Positions 9,657-18,129 of a stretch of DNA of 64,000 bases are shown here, piece after piece. This DNA is from Dehalococcoidia bacterium (GTDB lineage: Bacteria; Chloroflexota; Dehalococcoidia; UBA2979), in assembly GCA_965262725.1 (NCBI GenBank), contig OZ253555.1, positions 2,528,001 through 2,592,000 of the forward strand. Direction: 5' to 3'. The position numbers and the translations under genes were made by a program. The first letter of the stretch is position 1. The number at the start of each line of letters is the position of its first letter. The notes under the pieces were generated by a model. That model did no database searches and was not told where the DNA came from. It was given only the letters and a program-made list of their open reading frames with translations.

Positions 9657-12084
9657 CTCGCTGACCATCACTGACTTCCGCGGCATTCGACACCTCTCGA
9701 TCCCGCTCGAGGGCCGAAGCGCCGTGATCTGGGGTGATAACGGCGTTGGGAAGAGCGGGGTCGTCGACGCCGTGGACTTCCTCTTGCACGGCGATGTAAC
9801 GAGGCTGGCCGGGCGCGGCGCGGGCGGCCTGTCGCTCCTGCGGCACGGCCCACACGTCCGCGCGAAACCGGAGCACGCCCGGGTTGACGCCGAGGTGATC
9901 TTGGACGATGGCGCAACATACCAAGTCAGCCGCTCGGTATCTCAACCCAACGCGCTCGTAGCTGACCCGGTGGTCTCTCCAGAGTTCCTCCGCGTGTCGG
10001 GCCGCGGACAACACCTTCTCACTCGCCGAGACATCTTGTCCGTAGTCACCGTTCCTCCGGGCGACCGCGGTGCCCAAATCAACGAACTCCTCAACCTGTC
10101 GCCGATCGAGCAGGTTCGCAAGCAACTCGTCACCTTGCGGAACGCCGCCAAGAACGCTGACACCGCGGCAGACGATCGAGTCACGCAACAGCGAATGCGC
10201 CTGGCGGCGATCTCACGCGTTCCGGTCTACGACCATGACGCCATCGTTCGGGCCATCAATGAACAACGCCATCTGCTCGCCCTCGATCCGATAGCCACTC
10301 TCCACGATGATGCCGCGGCCGGAGCCCCTCCAACGCGACCACTAGACGAAGCAGCCGAAAGGCGGGTCAACGCGCGTGCTGCGGTGAGCACTCTCGCAGA
10401 GCTACTCGTCGACTCTCAACTACTCGCGGACGTCCGGCGCGAATTCCAGGACGGGTGTGATGCATCCGACAGCCTCCTGGCCATCGTCGACTACGAGCGA
10501 ATCCTGTCTTTAGCGGCCCTGGTGAATGGGGGGCTATCGCTCCTTGACGGGACCGGGATGTGCCCACTTTGCGACACCCAGTGGGACGCGGGACGCCTCG
10601 CCGACCACCTCAATCGGAAGCATGACACGACCCGCGCGGTGCGAGAAGCTAAGCAGAAGATCGCAGATGCCGCCAAGCGGCTACGCACACGCCTCAACGG
10701 CGTTGCAGCGCGTGCGTCCGCTGCTCTCGACGCTGTGGCCCAAATGGATCCCGCGGCCTTGCCCCAATGGTTCTCCGACTGGAATACGACACTGGGCCAA
10801 TCGGTAGCGGCGTTGGCCGATCCAGTTGACGCGCTTTCAACCGTTGAACAGCGCGTAGTGATTGCTGCAGCGATAGTGCCCGACGAGTCGTTGGCGCAGC
10901 GCTTCGCTGACTTCGCTGCCACCATTCCGATAGAGGAGGAGCCGCAGGCCCGCACTCAGGCACGCGAGCAACTCATCCGGACCGATCAAGAAATTCGGAA
11001 TCTCCGCGATGCCGAGACGGAGACACGTGCTGCTCGGCGGCTTGCCACGAGCGCAACACTACTACACGACAGCTTCCTGGCTTCGCGCGATGAGCTACTG
11101 CACGAACTCTACGATTCAGTTCGGGATCGGTTCGTCGAACTCTACCGCTTCCTTCACCCGGAGGAAGCAGAATCTTTCGCCGCCGACCTCGGGCCGGACC
11201 AACGCGGGGGAGTCGACCTCGCTGTCGACTTCCACGCCGTGGGAAGGTATTCCCCTAACGCCGTCCACAGCGAGGGCCACCAAGACAGCATGGGGCTATG
11301 CCTCTTCCTCGCGCTCGCGGAAGTCCTCACGGGTGGCGCGGCCCCCGACCTACTCCTGCTCGACGATGTCGTCATGTCCGTTGACATGGATCACCGAGCC
11401 AAGGTCGCGGAGCTGCTGAAGGTCCACTTTCCAACCACCCAATTCATCCTCACCACTCACGATCGCGCTTGGGCGAGCTACCTCCAGTCATCCGGCGTCA
11501 TTCGGCCTGCCGATCGGTGGGAGTTCCGGACATGGAATCTAGAGAGCGGACCGTCCGTTGGCAGGGCCGTGGATGTTTGGACTCGAATCGAGAGCCAACT
11601 CGACGACGCAGACGTGCCCGCAGCAGCCGAGTCCCTACGCCGTCATGTCGAAGAAACGCTCTTCAACGTCTGCGATGCAATTCGTGCACCGGTTCGCCTG
11701 CGCGCAACCGCTCAGTACCAAGTTGGGGACCTCGCTGGGCCAGCGTTCGACACGCTCAAGGTGCTGATCACGAAAGGCATCAGTCGAGCACAAAACTTGA
11801 ATAACGTCTCGGCAATTCAGCGGCTTGAGCACCGCCAGGCCGTGCGCGCTCGTGCGCACACTGAGATGAAGATTCACGAGTGGTCCGTCAACGCCCAGAT
11901 ACACTGGAACGAACTCCTGCGCTTATCGGCAGCGGAATTCCGGCTCGTTACCGCCACCTATCGAGAAGCGCTAGCACTCTTTGGATGCGACCTTTGCCAC
12001 AGTCCCATCCGGTTGCTTGTCGACGGCGAAGGCCGGCCAAGCGCCGTCCAGTGTCACTGCGCGAACGTCGCCTGGGCCCTGTAG
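9646..12084 (+). CDS. Rad50/SMC-like AAA ATPase with zinc hook and C-terminal HEPN-like/Zn-ribbon region
   Basis: DFRGI, Walker A GDNGVGKS, coiled coil with CPLC hook, HSEGH signature, Walker B LLLDDVVMSVD, TTHD; C-terminal CDLC...CHC. Confidence 0.85.
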   Translation: MKISSLTITDFRGIRHLSIPLEGRSAVIWGDNGVGKSGVVDAVDFLLHGDVTRLAGRGAGGLSLLRHGPHVRAKPEHARVDAEVILDDGATYQVSRSVSQPNALVADPVVSPEFLRVSGRGQHLLTRRDILSVVTVPPGDRGAQINELLNLSPIEQVRKQLVTLRNAAKNADTAADDRVTQQRMRLAAISRVPVYDHDAIVRAINEQRHLLALDPIATLHDDAAAGAPPTRPLDEAAERRVNARAAVSTLAELLVDSQLLADVRREFQDGCDASDSLLAIVDYERILSLAALVNGGLSLLDGTGMCPLCDTQWDAGRLADHLNRKHDTTRAVREAKQKIADAAKRLRTRLNGVAARASAALDAVAQMDPAALPQWFSDWNTTLGQSVAALADPVDALSTVEQRVVIAAAIVPDESLAQRFADFAATIPIEEEPQARTQAREQLIRTDQEIRNLRDAETETRAARRLATSATLLHDSFLASRDELLHELYDSVRDRFVELYRFLHPEEAESFAADLGPDQRGGVDLAVDFHAVGRYSPNAVHSEGHQDSMGLCLFLALAEVLTGGAAPDLLLLDDVVMSVDMDHRAKVAELLKVHFPTTQFILTTHDRAWASYLQSSGVIRPADRWEFRTWNLESGPSVGRAVDVWTRIESQLDDADVPAAAESLRRHVEETLFNVCDAIRAPVRLRATAQYQVGDLAGPAFDTLKVLITKGISRAQNLNNVSAIQRLEHRQAVRARAHTEMKIHEWSVNAQIHWNELLRLSAAEFRLVTATYREALALFGCDLCHSPIRLLVDGEGRPSAVQCHCANVAWAL

Positions 12085-12189
12085 GCCGCGCCCGTGTCGC
12101 TGAACATCAAGTCCGGCGCCTGCGGTCCGGCCGGTCCGGGTCAGTGGCATCTGGTTGATCCTTGTCTTGATCTCGCGCAGCGCTTCGCC

Positions 12190-12580
12190 GAGTGACAACG
12201 ATCGCGGTGCCGCAGGCTGGCCCAGCCGCTCATCTCGCTGGTGCTGGCGACGTGGCCTTCGGCTCACGCGGCCAGCATGACGCCGACACCTACGTCGAGC
12301 CTTCCGACAGCTGCCGACGCGCGCGACGGCATCGAGCGCTGCGGGGAGCTCGCAGCAGCAGCGTGCCGGAGTGCGGCGGCGACGCGGCACGCGCCGTCCC
12401 CGCGCGGCGCGATTCGGCGCTGCGTCTGCTCATCGACGCGCCCCCAGAGTCGCCCGTCCTCACTACGTCCATTGTCGCGGGCGATGACCCAGGCGATGGA
12501 CCAACTGGCGCGCGCCGGGATCTTGGTCCAGATCACGGTCGGCCGGCACAATCGGGCGTTCGAGGCGCTAGACGAGGCGA
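12190..12580 (+). pseudogene. Fic-family protein C-terminal HTH fragment
   Basis: Frameshifted pieces SALRLLID..PVLT and AMDQLARAGILVQITVGRHNRAFEA resemble Fic C-termini. Confidence 0.5.
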
Positions 12581-12593
12581 GCGGAGCGGGGCG

Positions 12594-12650
12594 GGGCGCG
12601 CTGTGAAGGATTCGAACCCACGCCCCCCAGTCCCATGAACTGATGCTCTC
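12594..12650 (-). other. Second degenerate tRNA-like 3' half
   Basis: Minus strand AGAGCATCAGTTCATGGGACTGGGGGGCGTGGGTTCGAATCCTTCACAGCGCGCC; homologous to 8185-8239, tRNA-Arg-like acceptor GCGCGCC. Confidence 0.55.
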
Positions 12651-12990
12651 ATGTGCAGTGACGGCGCAAGCGAAGCCGCTTCGACCCCAGCCGCGGGGTC
12701 ACAAACCGAGCGACGGCCCGATCCTCAGAGCATCGCTTCCTCGAGCGCGCGCCTTGCGCGATACGGCTTCACCGTGAGCGAGCTCAGGACGCCGCGGGTT
12801 GTCATGGACAGTGGCGGCGGCCCGAGATTCGGCAGGCGACTCGGGCGACCTTGGCTCGCTCGCGCTGCAGGCTGTGACTGCGAATGGCGACCGCCACGGC
12901 AAGCACGATCCCCGCGGTCACCGACCTCGTCCGCTTGTCAACGGTTCCGATTCGCTTCGGCCGAGAGCCGACGCTACAACGGTAGCTCTA

Positions 12991-13530
12991 TCAATAGCCG
13001 ATCACGCATAGCGAGAATGGCATCTCTACGCGTGAGTGGGCGTAGAGCGCCTGCGCCACCGACACAGTATTCTCGTAGTCGCGGCTTACCGTGGCCCGTC
13101 CGCCCGACTTGTAGCGATATGCCTGTGGGACCGCCAGAATCAGGTGCTCCATGTCAACCATGACCAGGGCCTGGATCAAGTCTCGGTAGACCGCGTTGCC
13201 CATCCAGGCTCGGCCTGCCTCGATCTCAAGGCCAGCCAGCCACCCTTGGTGCCAAGCATCCACCTCATACTGGAGCTCAGGCTCGGCATTCTCTCCGAAG
13301 AACACTGGCCGCTTTATCTTGTCTCTGGTCCGCTTGCCTGCTTCCACCTCAAATCCAAGATCGATAAGGTCGGGCCGAAGTACCGCAAGTACCCCGTCGC
13401 TTGTCAGGCCCTTCTCGAGATGGGAGGTCCCTATCTCTCGAGCATGTTCCTCAAACAGCGCGACCAGACCCACCAGGAATCCGGGCGGTGTCCGTGTACG
13501 TGGAAACGTTGAGAAGCGAATTGACACCAT
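12991..13530 (-). CDS. Restriction-endonuclease-like PD-(D/E)XK protein
   Basis: YEVDAW...LEIEAGRAWMGNAVYRDL (D...ExE motif as in BglII/BstYI-like folds). Confidence 0.65.
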   Translation of the reverse strand: MVSIRFSTFPRTRTPPGFLVGLVALFEEHAREIGTSHLEKGLTSDGVLAVLRPDLIDLGFEVEAGKRTRDKIKRPVFFGENAEPELQYEVDAWHQGWLAGLEIEAGRAWMGNAVYRDLIQALVMVDMEHLILAVPQAYRYKSGGRATVSRDYENTVSVAQALYAHSRVEMPFSLCVIGY

Positions 13531-13639
13531 TCACCTAGTGTGCCGTACCACCGAGTAGTAGCGACAGCTGTAGGGCCTCGGAAGCAGGGGCCGTACGGTT
13601 CACTCTGCTGTGTGAACGAAGCACAGGAAGGAGACCTTC

Positions 13640-13850
13640 GTGACTCCCGACGACATACTCTACCGTGGTCGCGTGCGCACGCTCGCCCTCGCGCAGGAGC
13701 TCGGCAGCGTCCGTGCCGCCTGCCGGGCGATGGCATCCACTACTCGATGTTCTTACACTGCAAGAACAAGACCGAGCGCTTCGGCCCCGACATGCTCCGG
13801 CCCCGGGAGCGCCGCCAACCGCGTCTCCCCGACGCCTACACCCTGAAGAG
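13640..13850 (+). pseudogene. IS481-like transposase N-terminal remnant
   Basis: RVRTLALAQELGSVRAACRAM HTH, frameshift, then ERFGPDMLRPRERRQPRLP; no DDE domain. Confidence 0.65.
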
Positions 13851-14293
13851 CGCTATCGCGGGGCGCGGCCGCCACGCCGGCCAGCGAACAGCAACCCCCG
13901 ACGCGGAGACTTCGGGTACCGTCGCGGCTGCCGCGGAGCGCGACTGCCGGCCAGACGCGACCGGCTCCGCCCCTACGGGCACATGGTCTCCGGTATTGGG
14001 CGCCCCGCGCGGCGGAGGAGTCGGCCAGACAAGCGACTCGGGCTAGGGCGCGCGATCCCGCCTTCGATCAGTGGCTGCCGATATCAGGACACACGGTTTG
14101 GGGCTTGGTCGCCTAGGTCAGGCCGCTGCCCGTACCATGCGAGCCTGGCACCAGGATGGATAGATCCGGCGGGCTGGTACCACGACGTCACCAGCAACGA
14201 CGGGCGCTCGCCCACCATCTCGTGGTGCCTGAAGCCAGCCCGGTGGAGGATCGCGAGGCAGGTGTGGATCGAGATGCTGTGGTCGCGCGCCTG

Positions 14294-14704
14294 ATGACGC
14301 TCCCGCTCTGGGGTTCCATGGGAATCGAGTGCGGGATTCGTGCCGGGTTCCGGTGTGAGTACTGTGACCGTGATCTTCTCTCGTCGCTGGACGACTACAA
14401 GGCGTGGGCACAGGATCACATCGTTCCCGAGAGGCTCGGCGGCGCGGACACGATCGAGAAGATGGCTGTGTCTTGTGATCCCTGCAATTCTGCCTACAAG
14501 AAGGCATGGAACCCGCGCTCCGTGGCTGGCGCCACGGCAAGTCGCGCAGAACTGATCGCCGCCACCCGAAGACTCATCGCCGAGAAGCGCGCGGCAGAGC
14601 AGGCAGTGCTCACTGAGGTCCGCGAAGTCACGGGGTGGTCTCTCGCTGGGAGCCTGGAGCCATCACCGTCGCCGACGCCCGGCTCCGCAGCGGCGTCTCC
14701 GTGA
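14294..14704 (+). CDS. HNH endonuclease
   Basis: CEYC...DHIVP..LGG.D....VSCDPCN motif; stop overlaps GTG of next gene (start could be further upstream, 14156). Confidence 0.85.
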   Translation: MTLPLWGSMGIECGIRAGFRCEYCDRDLLSSLDDYKAWAQDHIVPERLGGADTIEKMAVSCDPCNSAYKKAWNPRSVAGATASRAELIAATRRLIAEKRAAEQAVLTEVREVTGWSLAGSLEPSPSPTPGSAAASP

Positions 14705-17700
14705 CTGACGTCCGCGCCGTCGAGCAATCGTTTGGCGCAATCTACGCCGCCCTCAATCGACTCGATGAGCCCGGTGGCTCGGCACTACGGGATCACTACG
14801 CGCTGCAGTCAACCCGCGACGGTGATCGCGAGATTCTCAGTTCGGTAGGTGCCGGCAGTCGCATGAACATGCTCATCGGGGCGAGGGCGCAGTTGAGCCG
14901 GTCGCTTGGCGGAGGCGTGAGCTCGGGTCTCGCAGATCTGGTGGCCCGCGTATCGGCCCTGACCGGCGAGTCGCCAGTCTCTCCTGAAGTGTGCCGCACA
15001 CTCGCGAGCCGCGTCGGTGGCGTGGACGCTGCCGATCTACCGGCGCTGCTGAGCGCCCTTAGCGGTGTGCAGCCTGCGGGGTGGGCGCGGTGGAGCGCGT
15101 ACGACATCTGGAATGAGTCCCTCATCGAGGAGTTCTTCAGCGGGTCGCGAGCGGGGCGCCCCGTCTACCTTGACCTCGAAGCGGATGTCGTCGAGCGTTT
15201 AACGGCCGCTATCGGTGCTCCGGCAGGCGCAGCCGCACCGGACGCTACTCGGGCGTTCAGTAGGTCGGTTGTACGGACCTTCGAGTTTCGACTCGACGGC
15301 CCTCCGATGCTCAGGGAGCATGTTCGAAAGGCTGTGACCTGGGCCGCTTCAGCGCCACGGGGCGATGGCGGCGAGGGCCACCCAGGCATCCGGCCTCCCC
15401 CGTTCATCGCTGCTTTGGGCCTCTTCTCGCTAGCAGCAGAATCGATGCGCTCGGGCGAGGGGATGCGTGCCACCAACTACTACGGGCGGCTCTGCGAGCG
15501 TCTTGAGGTGGGTAGCGACGCCGTAGCGCGCAAGGTTCAGAATGACTTCAGGCGGCACGCCAACAGGCTGTGGGCACATCTGAACGCGTGGTTGCGACGG
15601 GCCCACGGCGCGCGGGGTATTCCGACTGCCGAGGCGTTCGACCACCGTGTCTACGTCAGCATCCCCATCTCGCAGGCGCTCGTACGTGCGGCCGACCGGG
15701 ACCGGCTCTCGGAGTTCTTCTCGGCGTACCAGCTGAACCCCGGACAGCAATTCTCGAGACTCGACATGCGCGAGATTCTCGCTGCGTGGTTACCGGGGTC
15801 GCATCTAAGCGCGTCGTTGAAGTCCCTCTGGCGTTCGAGTCAGGAGGCCCGCCGCCGCATCGCGGACGTCGTGTGCATCGAACTTGAACATTGGGACGGG
15901 ACAGCCCCCCCTGAGCACTCTAGCTCGCAGCGACACTTCGACGCGGTCCTCGCAGCGAGTTACGAGGAGGTCCCCTTCCCGGAGTTCTCCATCGCTCTCG
16001 TAGTGCGCGACGAGGGTGACGTACCGGACGGCCGTTACCGCTTCGACGACGGCTCCGCACTGCCGGGCTTTTCTGGTGCGGTCCACGCCGTACGCGAGTC
16101 CGGCGGCTTGATCAGGCTCCAGCCGGCGACGCCGCAGTCCATGGGTAACGGGCTTCTCAACTCGGTGTTGCGACATCCGCTGGGCCTCGCACACGAATCG
16201 CGACCCGCGACGATCTCACGACCGAGCCGCTCGGTCGTGGTGTTCTTGATGGACGAATCGCGAGGATTGTTCACCGAGTCGGCGCGAGTCGAACTGGGCA
16301 GGGAGCACTTCATACTGGTGAGGAACGGTCTCGCAGCCCAGGTGCGCGGCGCCCTCGGCGAGATCGCACGGCCGGGTTATCGAGCGCTGAGTGGCGTAGC
16401 TGGTGTGCCTGATGGCTGGATGCTGTACATCGGCGTTCACGTCCGGTCACTGCTTACCGGCGCGTCTGAGGCACTCACCACCCTCGTTCCTCTGTCAACC
16501 ACGCAGGTCGACCTGACCGGTGGCATGCAACTCTCCGCTGGCCGCTGGCACTCGTCATCGCCTCCCGATGTGATGGCGGTAGACGCGGCCGGAAGGCGCT
16601 TCGCCGTCAGTCTGTTCGACGAGTCCGGTACGAGCGGCGAGTTCGTAGCAACGCCGCTCGGCACGCACTCCGGTGAAGCGCGGATCTCGCTGCGCGAGCT
16701 CGGGCTTGTTGATGGCAACTACCGGATCGTCCTGAACGAAACAACCCCGTCGGGCGGAATAGGCTCTCATCTCACGTCGCGCGGGCTCAGACTCAGGTCG
16801 GCGGAGTCGGCGCACCTTGATCCGCCCACGGATGTCTGTCTCGCCCACCAGGCAGGACCGTCGCCCGACGGATGGACCGCGCTGTCAGCAACGAGTCTTG
16901 ATGTATCGAGCACGGCTGCGATACGTGGCGCGGCCATCTCGGGTACTGAGGCCGGCCCGCGGCCAGTTCCCCCGGTGCGGCTGCCTGCTCGACTGGGCCG
17001 CAGTGTCTCCGTTAGTGATGTCGGCAGCCTCTCGCGGCTCTTTCCGAGAGCACATCCTGCCGCGATCGAGGCCGAGCTCGAGCAACTCATGCGTCTACAT
17101 CTGGTATCCGTCGACGACGGGAAGCCGCGGCTGACGCCGGCGGGGTACGCCTACGCGAACGAGGGCCTCAAGTCATCAGGCAGGGCGGTCACACGAGCCG
17201 GCACGACTCCACCAGACGAGATCGCCAGTCGCTTCGAGGCGGACCTCGACCTCATTCTCGATGCGCTGGGCGCAACTGGCGGCGGCACGTGGCGATCGCT
17301 GGAGCAGCTCATCAGGTACTCCAGCGTTGAGCGGTGGGAGCCGCTGGAGGCAGCCCGGAACCTCAGCGCGCTTGGCTACATTGATCTCGAGCTTGACCAC
17401 CACTCACAACGACCCCTGCGCTGGTCCGCAGCCCCAGCGACGATGGTCGTTCTGCCCGACGGCCTCAGCGCGTTCATCGCTGGCGCCCGCTCGGAGCCGT
17501 TGCTGCAAAGGGTCGAGGCAGAGGCCCGGCAGCTCGGGGGATCGATGTTTCGCCATGAGAGAGGCGGCCGGCCGGTTCTCGTTCAAGTGCACGGCCTCCA
17601 GGGTCGCGCCTTCGAGACGGTTGCTCAAAGGGCTAGCCTGGCGTGTGTGCGAGACGTGCCGAGACGCATCGCCCAGATGTTGCCGGCGATCCGCGATGTC

Positions 17701-18129
17701 TACAGGGAGCGCCCGGAGTTCTATCCACCTCAAGGCGCTTCCATTGAGCAGTTCGACTTCGGCACGAACACGTGGCGAGACGTCGAGCGAATCGAACTGT
17801 CCGGTGCCTACCGGATCACCGCGGACACGCGTCACTATGCGGCTCTGGCTGACGACGGGCTGCGCGAATGCGGCAACGCGGTGTCGAAGTATGCGGGCGC
17901 TGCGGCGACGGGCCGGAGCATCATGTCGTACAGCGTCGGCGATGAGAGACTGACGTGCCTGCTCGGGGCGCGCCCTCCCGGCCTCTACGAGCGGGTGCTG
18001 GTTCTTTGCACGGGTGAACTGCCTCGATCACTTTCAGACGGGACGTCCGTCTATGAAGGGGTCCCGCCGGGAGTCGCCGCCTGGCTAGCAGCGAGTCTTG
18101 GCCCTCACTCTTGGGAGACAGGGAGTTGA
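14701..18129 (+). CDS. Large Druantia accessory-like protein (DruH-like, or DruF/G-like fusion), 1142 aa
   Basis: Long ORF from GTG 14701, translationally coupled to a DruE-like helicase; NYYGRL...YVSIPISQAL block; assignment rests on size and context. Confidence 0.55.
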   Translation: MTDVRAVEQSFGAIYAALNRLDEPGGSALRDHYALQSTRDGDREILSSVGAGSRMNMLIGARAQLSRSLGGGVSSGLADLVARVSALTGESPVSPEVCRTLASRVGGVDAADLPALLSALSGVQPAGWARWSAYDIWNESLIEEFFSGSRAGRPVYLDLEADVVERLTAAIGAPAGAAAPDATRAFSRSVVRTFEFRLDGPPMLREHVRKAVTWAASAPRGDGGEGHPGIRPPPFIAALGLFSLAAESMRSGEGMRATNYYGRLCERLEVGSDAVARKVQNDFRRHANRLWAHLNAWLRRAHGARGIPTAEAFDHRVYVSIPISQALVRAADRDRLSEFFSAYQLNPGQQFSRLDMREILAAWLPGSHLSASLKSLWRSSQEARRRIADVVCIELEHWDGTAPPEHSSSQRHFDAVLAASYEEVPFPEFSIALVVRDEGDVPDGRYRFDDGSALPGFSGAVHAVRESGGLIRLQPATPQSMGNGLLNSVLRHPLGLAHESRPATISRPSRSVVVFLMDESRGLFTESARVELGREHFILVRNGLAAQVRGALGEIARPGYRALSGVAGVPDGWMLYIGVHVRSLLTGASEALTTLVPLSTTQVDLTGGMQLSAGRWHSSSPPDVMAVDAAGRRFAVSLFDESGTSGEFVATPLGTHSGEARISLRELGLVDGNYRIVLNETTPSGGIGSHLTSRGLRLRSAESAHLDPPTDVCLAHQAGPSPDGWTALSATSLDVSSTAAIRGAAISGTEAGPRPVPPVRLPARLGRSVSVSDVGSLSRLFPRAHPAAIEAELEQLMRLHLVSVDDGKPRLTPAGYAYANEGLKSSGRAVTRAGTTPPDEIASRFEADLDLILDALGATGGGTWRSLEQLIRYSSVERWEPLEAARNLSALGYIDLELDHHSQRPLRWSAAPATMVVLPDGLSAFIAGARSEPLLQRVEAEARQLGGSMFRHERGGRPVLVQVHGLQGRAFETVAQRASLACVRDVPRRIAQMLPAIRDVYRERPEFYPPQGASIEQFDFGTNTWRDVERIELSGAYRITADTRHYAALADDGLRECGNAVSKYAGAAATGRSIMSYSVGDERLTCLLGARPPGLYERVLVLCTGELPRSLSDGTSVYEGVPPGVAAWLAASLGPHSWETGS

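Noticed and set aside
9646-12084. Housekeeping SMC/RecN/SbcC or Lamassu/Wadjet
   Set aside because: No hinge domain, sbcD, LmuA/C or JetABD partners adjacent.
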